Shown: positions 11,962 to 22,200, counted from the stretch's first letter. The stretch: DNA of 22,308 nucleotides from Catajapyx aquilonaris (GCA_000934665.2 JYFJ02001298.1:62001-84308), one strand, 5' to 3'. Notes: generated from the sequence alone by a model not told the origin. Numbers and translations: made by a program.

Positions 11962-12171
11962 ACTTCCGGCCATGTTTGGATCGATACTTCTGACGTCATG
12001 CCAAGACGCCCGGGCCACTACTCTGACGTCAGAGCGCCGTTGTTGACGTCACGGGGGGCGTCGCAGGGGCGTAGGCGGTATATATAGGGTCAGGTGGAAA
12101 AAGAGGGGCCTTCATGCTTCCGGTTCCTACTCGCAAATCGGGCAACATCACCTTAAAACCATCTAGTAAGG
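11962..12171 (+). promoter_or_regulatory. Immediate-early-type promoter/enhancer with putative short first exon
   Basis: ETS ACTTCCGG (11962-11969) abuts CArG-like CCATGTTTGG (11970-11979). TGACGTCA at 11991, 12024 and 12044; EGR-type GCGTAGGCG at 12069-12077; TATATATAG at 12079-12087; GTAAGG donor-like site at 12166. Confidence 0.65.
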
Positions 12172-13214
12172 ATTTATTTTAAGAAACATAACGTGTGTAT
12201 GACGTTTAAATCAGTCAAACAAAAACACGAAGACTTTAAAAAATAATAATAAAAAAAATCAGGTGTTTGAACCTTTTACGTGTACAAAAACGTGCGTCAC
12301 TACTATTAATAAATCAAAAGTGGACAAGATCAAACATTCATGCCTTTTTTCGAAAAATAGAAACCCGATACGTCGTAAGTTCTATTGATTTGGAATCGAA
12401 AAACAACTCTCTACTAAAATGGGTATGAAACGAAAAAAAAAAGAGAGGTACAGTTTGTGACGCAAGTTGGACAATTGCGATTATGACCTTCACCAAGCAC
12501 GCACATGATTCGTAGAAGTGAATCCATCAATGCTTCAGGTGTATTTATAAAGTGTAACGTGCACCCGAAAAATTAGGAAGCCCCCCCCCCCCCCAAATAT
12601 GAATTGGGGGGTCATATTTAAGAAAAAAAAATAAAAACTGATCGATATCCTATTGAATGAGCAATTAAAAGTACGTTGTGACGTAAGCGGTATTACGGAT
12701 GGGTACAGGATAATTACGCTAATTAAGTCCAGCAAACCGGCAAAAATTAGCTCAACACCGGTCGAACAGACAAAATTAATTTTTCGTTATTAAAAAAAAC
12801 TGCGATTGCGTCCATAACAAACTTGGTTTGTAAACAGTAAATAAATGAAGTTGACACCGACAGCAATTTATACATTTACGTAACTAAAAGTTTTCAAAAA
12901 TTAAGACAATTGTGCAAAAAAAAAATTTTGTTCGTCAACATTACGCAATTGTCTGGAGCTGGAGACATTCGCAATAATTATGCAATCCGAATATTTGTTG
13001 ACACATCCGATTACTGCTCGTGGTGTAATAATTTAGCAGAATTTTTTTTGGAGCACCTGAATAAAACCTCAATAAAAATGTACAGGGTGTTCACTTTGTT
13101 GGCAGCAGGGTCATTGTCGAGGTCTGGAGAGGCGTCGGCAGCGCCGCCGGACGTCGTCGCAGCAGTTTTGCAAAAACGATCGATGTGTCCGCCGCCGGGT
13201 TCCCTCCAACTATC

Positions 13215-13252
13215 CGCCCACGCAATCTTCAATTTTTGCCATACGCCCACGC
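13215..13252 (-). promoter_or_regulatory. Pair of perfect EGR binding sites (GCGTGGGCG)
   Basis: CGCCCACGC at 13215-13223 and 13244-13252. Confidence 0.5.
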
Positions 13253-14138
13253 TCTTCAGCATCCCCATTCATAACCTCCCCACTAAGAATCATATTAATG
13301 ACCATTCAATTTAATAAAAAAAATTGTATTGACTAATCAACATGTGTTTAAAAAAACAAACATATCCGCCCCCAAATTAGCAACCCAAAACAGGGTTTGC
13401 TGGGGTGGACAATTTTCATGCTGTGTATGATTTTGTGGGTGGTAAAAGTCAAAGGTCAACCTCCCCTGCAAGCAACACAAGTTCAAGGTCGATGTGTGTG
13501 TGTAATGTGCGTGGGTTTCATTCATGCTTGCAGTTTACTGCACGCTCTGTGTATGTTCATGTAGCCCACGCACACACATTTCACTAATTGTGACAATCAC
13601 ACCTGACCTGGCCTGAAGAGAATTCCATAGCTCGGTACGGCTATTTCCAGAAGCCAATTATTGAATGCGAACGGATTATGACAATCCCCAGAAATATATT
13701 TATAAGGTGACAATAATAAGTGTATAATTTTATCTGAGGTTGCCAATTATAGTCGAAGGTCCCCCTGATTTCCTGACCTGGAAAAGGTATAAGGCCCAAT
13801 TATTAGACGGATGCGACTTCCGTGTCGGTGAATCGACGCAGCAGCAGCAACCCTAGCAATTATTATTGACAAAAGGTACGACAGGAAAAGTGAGCAGCAA
13901 ATTATGAGAAGCTTGAGTGGAGTCCGTAATCAATGATTTCGGCAATTAACCTAGTTGATTTTTGCTCACTGGGAAATAACCAATAAAATCAATAGCATGT
14001 TCGATGTGTGAAAAATTGGGATAATCCCAACAGACGCTCATCACCTTCAAAAAAAATCGATAGGTCAATGATAAAGTGTACAGTACCAATTCTGGTTGCT
14101 TATTAATATAATTTGACATTTGCAGTGAATTAAAACAT

Positions 14139-14144
14139 TTTATT
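14139..14144 (-). terminator. Likely SERAC1 polyadenylation signal AATAAA
   Basis: TTTATT on the + strand, ~165 nt past the SERAC1 stop. Confidence 0.55.
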
Positions 14145-14308
14145 AACTGTGAAGTAACATGGGTGCATTACAAAATATGCAATGATTTTTGAACAATCCC
14201 AAAATACATATAATTTAAATAAGCATATTGTCAGAATATTCTTTGGCACTTTTTGAGCTGCTTAAATACAGTGGCGTAAATTGCACAATTTCAAATAAGA
14301 TCTTCTTA

Positions 14309-14885
14309 TCAGTGGATTTGGGCACCTTTGGCTGCGACTCCAAGCACAACCTCGACCAATTTCCGATAGACAAACGATCTCCGATCTTCCGGCTTGCACA
14401 CGTCCAGGTGATCGAACGGTACACGGTACAAGCTTCCAAATCCAGGGTCTGCGGAATCAGGATCCACGAAGAACACACGGAGACCAAGTCTTCCTAAGTA
14501 CGTGGGCCTCGTTTCAGCAAAACTGACCACATGGTACTTATTAAGACGACACAGTTCAGTAAATTCGGAGTGAAGTTGCACTAAAGCGGACGATCCCAGT
14601 CGTAGCTCATCTACTTCAGAGGTTGGAAGCAGGATCATTCGCGTGTGGGGCCTGAGAGAAGCAGCTGGTGTTCCCCGATGCGGAGTGCTGTAGAACAGGA
14701 CGGCCTTAGTTTTGGAGCTGATTTGTTGCAACTCGGGGTCCTGGCTTCGGGAGGCCTCCACCAGCATACGCTTGACGAGGAGACCACCCATTGAGTGGGT
14801 CACCCACACGATGGGGCCGTGGCTTCCAACGTCGGCGCAACGAAGTTTAGAAAGGAGCTCAGCGCTGCGCTCAGCAATGGTAAAG
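14309..14885 (-). CDS. SERAC1: SERAC1 (serine active site containing 1, alpha/beta hydrolase), exon 5 (last)
   Basis: Acceptor ctctccctAG, phase 2. Encodes IVWVTHSMGGLLVKRML (lipase nucleophile elbow), FYSTPHRG, SFAET and DHLDVCKP; stop at 14309-14311. Confidence 0.95.
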
Positions 14886-14942
14886 CTAGGGAGAGATCAA
14901 CATTACCATTGTTACTACACAATGTTACATGACGATGCCCAC

Positions 14943-15113
14943 TTGCTGCTCTCTGATGGCCACGGTGCGGCCCAGTGAGTGGCATGAGTGTCAAAGTCCA
15001 ATCCGATCACTCGCAGGTCCAACTGACAGTCTGATGGAAGCCAATCTCTCGGCCAGCACTGTGTCCTCTTTCTACCGACCACCACTTCATCAAGCACACC
15101 CTGATTCACATCC
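14943..15113 (-). CDS. SERAC1: SERAC1 exon 4
   Basis: TQCWPRDWLPSDC..LRVIGLDFDT. Flanking 64-nt and 57-nt GT-AG introns keep the frame (phase 2/2). Confidence 0.92.
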
Positions 15114-15177
15114 CTGTAATTTTAATAAATAATTCACTTGATAATATTGACAGATATAAACCAGACAAGGAACTCAC

Positions 15178-15521
15178 TTTGCATTCCTGAGCTGGTCAAC
15201 TACGTCTCTCAGTGCTTCGGAGAGTGCCCCTTCCTCCCGCACTTCCTCAACCACCTTCTCTACTTTGTCGGTTTTCTTCTTTCCTTCGTCTCTCTGCCTC
15301 CAGGTCCAGAACAGTCCGCCTAACATCCCATGAACAAACACTACTTCAACTGGACGCTTGGTTCCAGACGAAGAAGCTGGACGGGTTGAGGGATGCAGCT
15401 GGAACACACCAGCTTCCAGGACTGGTTCTTGTGACTCCCGATCCAGGTTCAGAAGCGCACGGCTTGCAGGGAGGGAAATGCGAACGTCGGCCTCTCGTGA
15501 CCAATCAGCGAGGATCCCAAC
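15178..15521 (-). CDS. SERAC1: SERAC1 exon 3
   Basis: Acceptor atttttcAG, donor AA|GTGAGT. Encodes VGILADW..RALLNLD and VVFVHGMLGGLFWTWRQRD (oxyanion motif). Confidence 0.93.
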
Positions 15522-15764
15522 CTGAAAAATTTCATCCACAATCACGTCATCACGACATTGTTCCCTGAGTAAAGGACGGAAAACGAAACGACGATCTTCC
15601 AGCATAATTTTGTTCTCATGTAACAATAGGAATGCCAGTTTTGTTGACACTCTTTACTCATATTGTTGTGTGACAATGACGTCAGATCGTTGTTCGTTTT
15701 CTGCACTGTGTAAAGGGTTGTCAGCGAATAACGAGCGAATACATCATAAAAAACCAAAATTTAC

Positions 15765-16482
15765 CCATCCGGCGTGAAAGAGGTGTGTGTGCAGAGTAGG
15801 ATTCACAGCGATGTTGGCCACAATCTTCCCCAGCACGCTTCGAATGTGGATTGCATTCGAATCTTCCGCCACAAGTGCCGTCTGGAGCAGCAGCTTCAGT
15901 CCTCCGGCCCTCACGACTCGTTCACATCTGCTTGCAACAGCCGAATAGCTCAGAAGCAAACGGAGACAGAACAACAACCTGTGATCCTTCTTAACCCCAT
16001 CGTCGCCATCGAGCATATCAACCAAACCCCACGAGGAGAATCGTACTGGGTCATCCAGGTCGGCCCGTCGCAAGTTCTCAAACAACGCGAGGAAAGCCTG
16101 GACCAGTTCTTCAGGCTTCAGCTGGTTGACACGAGGCGGTGCAAGAAACAGTCCTTTTCCGGAGCACCGTGCGAGTCCAACAGCTGTTCTGATATCGCAG
16201 GACAACGCCAGTTGGTACAGCTCCCCGGGGCTCCATCGGTCAGCCGAATGCGACAGCACCTGTACAGCAGCCAGTCGCATATGCCTGTTCCCCGACTGAG
16301 CCAAGTCAAGCAGACGCCAGTAGTGCCCCGGCAGCGACGGCAGGAAAGGCGAGAACAGACCCGGAGGCGGATCGCAGTACACATACTCCGGCCGCTTCTC
16401 ACCAAGCTCACCCGCATTCTGTGGAAGCAAGTTGGACAGATGCTTCCGGGCCAGGTACACCTGCCTGCCCAACAGTCCGGTA
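15765..16482 (-). CDS. SERAC1: SERAC1 exon 2 (ARM-like region)
   Basis: Acceptor cctttttctacAG, donor TGG|GTAAAT. Encodes RTAVGLAR, AGGLKLL and IVANIAVNP..LFHAGW, which joins in frame to VGIL. Confidence 0.9.
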
Positions 16483-16542
16483 CTGTAGAAAAAGGAAATT
16501 AATAATTACTATACAAAAATTTATCATTACACCTACTCATAC

Positions 16543-16586
16543 CTGGACAGCACCACGACGAAGCCAACTTGCTTGGCACGCCCCAT
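16543..16586 (-). CDS. SERAC1: SERAC1 first coding exon (MGRAKQVGFVVVLS)
   Basis: ATG at 16586, donor CAG|GTATGA, 60-nt intron in frame with exon 2, hydrophobic N-terminal segment. Total CDS is 1854 nt (617 aa). Confidence 0.7.
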
Positions 16587-16748
16587 TTTTCATTAAGGAA
16601 AGATAAAAAATGTACATCACATTTTTATAAAGAAAAAAACTCACTCCTTTATCAGGAGGCGGCCATGTTGATTCCGTGACGTCACTGCATAGGCCAAAAA
16701 CAGCTTAGCCGCTAACAATCACTGCTTTTAAATGAAGCAGTGACCAGC

Positions 16749-16798
16749 AATAGCTGCTCTTTTAAAGAACGGCTGTAATAGCTGCTCTTTTAAAGAAC
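16749..16798. repeat. 22-bp direct repeat (period 28) upstream of SERAC1
   Basis: AATAGCTGCTCTTTTAAAGAAC at 16749-16770 and 16777-16798. Confidence 0.85.
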
Positions 16799-16929
16799 AG
16801 CTCTTTTTTTTTAAATGAATTTTTGTTGTAATTAGTTGCTTAGCAGCTCATTGTTTGTAAATAGTGAAACCTAGAGTGGCTCTCTAGTGAAAGAACATCA
16901 TTTTGGCGTTTCTAAATTTTTGAGTGGGG

Positions 16930-17375
16930 ATGACGCACATGCCGCATTTTCTTGATATGCAAAATTCCCGTGGGATACCGCGTGCTCCGAGGCCGACTCC
17001 GCTGCCTTGCACATTGTCCGATCCGCCTGCCGTTCACTTCCTTGGGTCACATGCGGTTGCGGTTGATGTGGACAAAACAACTGGTATGTGCTGCGTGGTC
17101 CGGAGGTGAACTTTTAATTTAGAAGTTGTTTCTCTGTAAAGGTGGAACTGCCGTGGACGGCACAGCCTTGCAGGAAGCTGACACGACTCATCGAGACGCA
17201 ATGAACCAACAGACATGACTTGACTAGGTCGGACGCACACAAGGTAAGGATCATGCAATCGGCAATGAGTGGAAATGATCGCCAAATTTTTCTTTCAGGA
17301 AAAACCTCAACTAGCGGCAATCACAACAATGCATCTTCTCTTTCAATTTACATACTTTAGTACACCGCTAATAAA
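16930..17375 (+). other. Putative spliced + strand transcript (lncRNA or 76-aa small ORF)
   Basis: Two locally sized GT-AG introns: 17084-17141 (58 nt) and 17244-17298 (55 nt, AAG|GTAAGG...tttttctttcAG). AATAAA at 17370, 17465 and 17675. Confidence 0.45.
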
Positions 17376-17699
17376 AATGATCACAGCCTCCTCAACCGAT
17401 GTAACTGAACCTGATTTCCCTAGAGATGTACCAAGGAACTTCTTTTTAGTTGCATTTACGATGAAATAAAAACCTTCCCCGTTAAAAACTACCCCTAATG
17501 ATCACCCTGGGGCATACGTTCCATATTGCTTTGCATTGGGAGCCATCAAGTACAAGTTATACATAAAAACACACAAAACGTTATATTTAGTCTTTGCACA
17601 AAATGTACACCGAATAACTTGGCTTCTAGACACATGATTACACAAGGTGTAAATGATTGTAAATGAATCCGAATAATAAACACAAGGGAGGTAAAAAAG

Positions 17700-18688
17700 T
17701 TAGCTAACAATCCCGTAATACCGTGGCTGCTTGATTCTCCGAGTACGTGTTGCACTCAGAACTGATGGCGTTACAGGCTCGATATGCCTGAGCTTCCTTT
17801 TAGGTCCTTGCTTAGGCGTCTCTTCCCCGCTGCTTTCTTCCTCGCCTGTGTCTGCTTCTTTCACGGGCGACAGTTCAGGCTTGCCAGTCTCCGAGGCTTG
17901 TTCGTTTGAACTTGACGGTTGCGGAGAAGGTGTGCTTTTGCTTCTGTTGCGCCTTCTTGCAGGCTCCGTCTCTGTCACTTTGGGACTCTTCGACCTCCTT
18001 GGGCGTCCTCTTCCCCGCTTAGTTCCAGTGGGTGTTGGTGACGAGCTGTTGCGTCGTGATGGTGGATCCTTCCTTTTCCGTTTCCGAGATCCTTTGTCTG
18101 AATCTGAGTCTGAATCCAAGGTGATGACTTCGCCTGGAGAAGTCGGGGTGGCGCTGTGTTTACGTTTCCTGTACCCTGTCAGTTCAGGTTGCGAAGGTTG
18201 TGAAGGCGGTGGTGATGGTGGCAATGTCACCAGGTCTGGGCCGGAGCACTCTTCGGGTGCACTGTCCTCAGTCAGATCTATTGGTCCAGATGAGATGGTA
18301 CGAGGCGGCGAGAGCTCAGGAGGGTCTGCCTCTGACTCAGTTTCGTTGGCAGAAGGCAGTTCATCAGTAAGGTCGACCTCGACTTCTGATCCTTCCATTG
18401 ATCTATCTGACGCAGAAGTTTCGATCATCTCACCACTCTTCTCGTCCAATATACGTTTCTTATTAGAAGGTGGTTTCAGTGCATCATCTTCTAAATTTGT
18501 GGCAATATGCGTGCTTTCATTTTGCGGGGTGTCCTCTTCTTGGACAGCAATGGAATCCGAAGGAGGCTTTTCCACTGGCGTGACGGTTGGATTGGGTACT
18601 GTGATGTACACCGAACTGTTTGCCGTCTCTTCTGGTGCAGGAGGTGGTTCCTCTGATGTCACAAGACTCACAGTGACTTTCCCACTTC
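17700..18688 (-). CDS. KANSL3: KANSL3 last exon (disordered acidic/basic tail)
   Basis: 57-nt phase-1 intron 18689-18745 (G|GTCAGT...tttactttcAG) links it in frame to the previous exon. Stop at 17700-17702. Confidence 0.82.
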
Positions 18689-18745
18689 CTGAAAGTAAAC
18701 AATTGTATAAGTATAACAGAAGTTTTCAATAGAATGTGAACTGAC

Positions 18746-20148
18746 CTGTATCGCCATCAATCATAATCTTTGGCAGTGGGACTACGGACTGTACGGTCTG
18801 CACGACTGTGCTGGTTGGGAGCGACACTTTCTGCACGGCTCCGATGCCCGTGGTTGGTGTCACAGTGGCAACAGCGGCTGTTGTTCTGGCAAGCTGAGGC
18901 TCCTTCGTGTGTATCGCAATGGATGAATTGGCGTACTTTCGAGTCGATACAGTCACAGGTATAGTTGGTGGCGAAATTGTCACTGGTGTTATGGTCGTTG
19001 GAGTCGGGAATGAATCCACTTTTTGTACTGGTAAGGACACTGACTTTGGCATTACGGAAGATTTCACTGGTGTCACTGACTTAATGATGGTTGGTGGCGG
19101 TTTCAGAACCACCGTTGCGGCAGTTGATGTGGGCTTAACTACCGTTGCAGTGGCAATGCTTGGTTTGACTATTGTTGCCGAGGTTGGCAGGGTAAGAGCG
19201 GACGATCTAGTGACCAACGCAGCTGCAAGTGCGGCGGGCGTCACTGGCTGGTTTATGCAGGTCGGAGTAGTAGGCCTGCTAGGAACACTGGGCGTGAGAG
19301 GTGGAGTGACAATCGATGAACGTCTGACTACTGGTACTTGCGGTGGGGTTGAAAGAGGTGAAGTTGTAGAGGACACGGCTGGCTTGAAATGCATAGACAC
19401 AAGAGTCGTGGGGGTGGTAAGAGTTGAAGTACTGGGCTGAATAGCAACAGGCGATAAGAGAGCTGATGCCACATTCATTAAATTTGCATGCTTCTGCTGT
19501 GTCGTAACTGGCGACATGATGGGTACCATTGGTGATGTGACAGGCGTTATCGTTGCTCTAGATGGCATAGGAACTGGAGTGATGGTCGTTCTGCTTGGTG
19601 TGGGAACAGTCTTAACGGGAGGAACGTCGGTGACGCTGACGCCAGGCGTGAAGTTGGGTGACACCGTATTAACAGGCAACATTAGAGGAATTCGACCCAT
19701 TTTCTTTAAAGCTGCGGCCTCTAAATCCTTCTTGCGATGCTTTGCTCTTGGAGGAGACACTTTTTGGCTAGTTCCCATGAGCAGCGTTGTGAGTGACGGC
19801 CTGCCTCGCTTTCCTGGCTTCTTTTCCTTTGCCTTCTTCTCCGTTTGGAGCATCGGTAGGGAAATTACTCGCTCGGGCACCAGCTTTTCTTGTTGTGGAA
19901 TCAATATGGGGGCTGCAGGTGTGGCTACATGTCGCACCCGAGGAGGTCTCAGTGAAGGCGGGTTGAGTAGGGCTGAGGTGAGGAAGTCTCCAACTTCCTC
20001 CAAAATGCAACGATCAGCGACACTTTGTGTCCATCCAGCTACATGAAGACGCTGACGGGAAACGAGAAGATCATCATCAGCTGCACCCAGCACCACCAGA
20101 GATGTGTCAACCCACAGACGCTCCCGGATATCTTCCAGATCTTCATAA
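18746..20148 (-). CDS. KANSL3: KANSL3 exon 5 (end of hydrolase-like fold plus T/P/S/V-rich region)
   Basis: Acceptor cccgcAG at 20149, phase 2. EDIRERL..DTSLVVLGAADDDLLVS...TQSVADRCILEEVGDFL matches the KANSL3 conserved block. Confidence 0.9.
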
Positions 20149-20211
20149 CTGCGGGACGATTTTTTTGTGTCATTAGAGCGCTACGATAAGAAAATGTACA
20201 CATCAACTTAC

Positions 20212-20840
20212 TTGGCAGAGTGTGAGCTTCGTCCGATGACAAATAGCGTTGGCGTCTTTATGTCGTACATAATATCGTCAGCTTCTCCTCTCTTTCCGCC
20301 CATGGTGTTAATAACAGGCGAGAAGCAAACCAATGCTGACACTTGCTCTTTCAAGCTAACGTGCATGGCAAGCATTCCTCCAACCCTCCATCCGATGAGC
20401 ACAATTGGCTTGTCGGGGCACTGCCTTTTCACTTCCACCACAGTCACTTGTATGGCCTCAAGTATCTGCTGCAGGAAGGCATGGGCTGCAGTTCTTGACC
20501 CATGAACCGGAGTTACAGGAGGCACCAACACCACCGATCCCATCGTCGAAAACTGTTGATGCCACCACTTCATACGATCCGACGTTTCCCCCCAACTGTG
20601 ACCCAGGGCCATTGGGCACAGGATGAGTATGGGGGACTCGGGAAGCTTCCGGAGGCGAGTCAAGCATGGCGACGGGCAACCAACCTGAAGCTTCCCACCC
20701 ACTGAATCGGACCGTCCCTGCTTGTTCAGAACGGCTTGCACCGCATCAGGAGGACGCCGTCCTGTTGTGCCCACCGCTCCAGGAAGAAGGGCACCCAGGA
20801 TGGTCCGATCAACCAGTTCGGGGATCTTGGCACGCATAAC
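20212..20840 (-). CDS. KANSL3: KANSL3 exon 4 (alpha/beta hydrolase-like domain)
   Basis: VMRAKIPELVDR..., RMKWWHQQFSTMGSVV, DKPIVLIGWRVGG, RGEADD.MYDIKTPTLFVIG. Donor AA|GTAAGT. Confidence 0.95.
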
Positions 20841-20930
20841 CTGTTGAAATATTATAAACAACAACATATTATGGCCATATCAACTACATTTTGAAGATAG
20901 TGCGTTTCTAGTTGGGACGGCAGATATTAC

Positions 20931-21423
20931 CTGCAAAGCGTCTAAGTACAAGGAGAGGTAAGCTCGATTGAGATGCCTGCAGAGAGCAAGGTGGAGCCAG
21001 TGGCAGAGGTGCGGATCCCACCTCACTTGCGCCAGGGCCTTCCGCAACAGCAAAGCCGTGCACTCGCAGGACAGCCGCCTGCGAACTACCTCGGACTTGT
21101 GTCCGTGCAGGGCAAGTCGCACCAGCCGATCCTTATGCAGTGCTTCGGACACGCGGGCAAACAGCTTCCTCTGCGCGGGGCTCCAGTCCAGTTGGTCCAC
21201 CTGCTCCTCCCAATCGTCGTACTCCCCCGCTTCCTCATCCTCCCGACGTTCCTCCTCCGCATCAAGGTCGCCGGAGAGGCCCTTGTAGTCCTCCTCCCCT
21301 ACGCCCAACAGGCTCTCGCTCTCAGTCCGATGCAACTTGTCATTCGCTTTCAAATCCAGGAACGGGGCACGAGGCGCACTTTCCACGTAGTTGACCACGT
21401 CGACTATTACGGGCCCCACATCT
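20931..21423 (-). CDS. KANSL3: KANSL3 exon 3
   Basis: DDWEEQV...WSPAQRKLF...DRLVRLA...WDPHLCHWLH..L...YLSLYLDALQ. Canonical splice sites. Confidence 0.95.
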
Positions 21424-21477
21424 CTGCAATTCCGCAGTGATTAGTACAAGTTACAGGCGTACAACAGGCAGGCTTAC

Positions 21478-21648
21478 ATTTGCGTGCTTATAGGCTTGGG
21501 AATGAGCACCGTCTTGGCAGGCGGAACGAAGCAATTCTCCGGATGCAGGTTCCAGGACTTCGCGTAGCTGTGCTCCAGGTGGACCTTGTCCACCTCCTTG
21601 TCCAGGGCGGTGCTGCCACCCACACTCGCACTGGACACGCAGAACTCC
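21478..21648 (-). CDS. KANSL3: KANSL3 exon 2 (HCF-binding-type EHSY motif)
   Basis: LEHSYAKSWNLHP corresponds to KANSL3 DHSYAKPW..HP. Acceptor aaccAG at 21649, donor AT|GTAAGC at 21477. Confidence 0.88.
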
Positions 21649-21712
21649 CTGGTTGGTGATAATGGAACAAGTAATGGAACGATAATTGAGGTTGCACTGC
21701 GGGTGTACTTAC

Positions 21713-21714
21713 AT
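21713..21714 (-). CDS. KANSL3: KANSL3 putative start: AT of an ATG split by intron 21649-21712
   Basis: CAT|GTAAGT donor plus AG|G acceptor creates an in-frame ATG. An in-frame TAA lies 57 nt upstream. Confidence 0.5.
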
Positions 21715-22001
21715 GCTGGGTGCTGCACGGAGAGCCGTACTTGCAGCCAGAGGAGGGGCCCGACTCCCTTATGGAACTGTTGTGGTCGGTTGCATCGGCG
21801 CGGAACGTTCTATTCCTGCTAGGGCGGACAACCACGCACTCTCTGGCTACTCCCTCTCTTTTTGATGATCCCCAGCTGCAAGTTCGTTCCGCGGCCGCCT
21901 CGAGCGTTCCGGCGCTGCCTTCGACGATCACTTTTTTTTTCGATCTGTCAACCTTTGGTGTAGGGTAGGCAGGGTTGCCAGACGCAGCACGTGTTCCAAA
22001 G

Positions 22002-22200
22002 ATGGCGGACGGCCGGAGCTCGTCCTCTGCGGCGGAGGAGCAGGAGAACGGCGGGGGTCGGCAGAGGCGGTCCAGGCTCAGCTGGCACGACCGGTGGGGC
22101 AGCCCCAGCAGGGTCCAGGAGGTGGTCCCCTCCAGGAACGGCCAGTGGCAAGGCTCCAAGCCCAACAAGGGAGGACGAACCATCGGGCAAATACGCGACA
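22002..22200 (+). CDS. First coding exon of an unidentified gene divergent from KANSL3 (MADGRSSSSAAEEQENGG...)
   Basis: AAAGATGGCG start context, GC-rich open frame for 66 codons, GTGAGT donor at 22201 followed by AT-richer intron-like sequence. Product not recognised. Confidence 0.6.

Noticed and set aside
12910..13314. 134-aa ORF downstream of the orphan promoter
   Set aside because: Non-ATG start, mixed composition, no domain and no clear splice support.
15682..15747. C/D snoRNA-like boxes (ATGATGT...CTGA...CTGA) in the SERAC1 intron
   Set aside because: Box C is imperfect, there is no terminal stem, and I could not identify a convincing rRNA complement.
15774..16502. 242-aa + strand ORF
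   Set aside because: Antisense to SERAC1 exon 2; no recognisable domain.
17034..17320. Minus-strand peptide TTSKLKVHLRTTQH, resembling a BED zinc finger
   Set aside because: Cys spacing is wrong, no transposase remnant follows, and + strand splice signals explain the region better.
17731..20046. Long + strand ORFs (333, 177 and 176 aa)
   Set aside because: Antisense shadows of low-complexity KANSL3 exons with no independent motifs.
14309..21714. Functional link between the adjacent alpha/beta-hydrolase-fold genes SERAC1 and KANSL3
   Set aside because: No visible sequence similarity, and KANSL3 lacks the nucleophile Ser (GWRVG); adjacency alone is not evidence.
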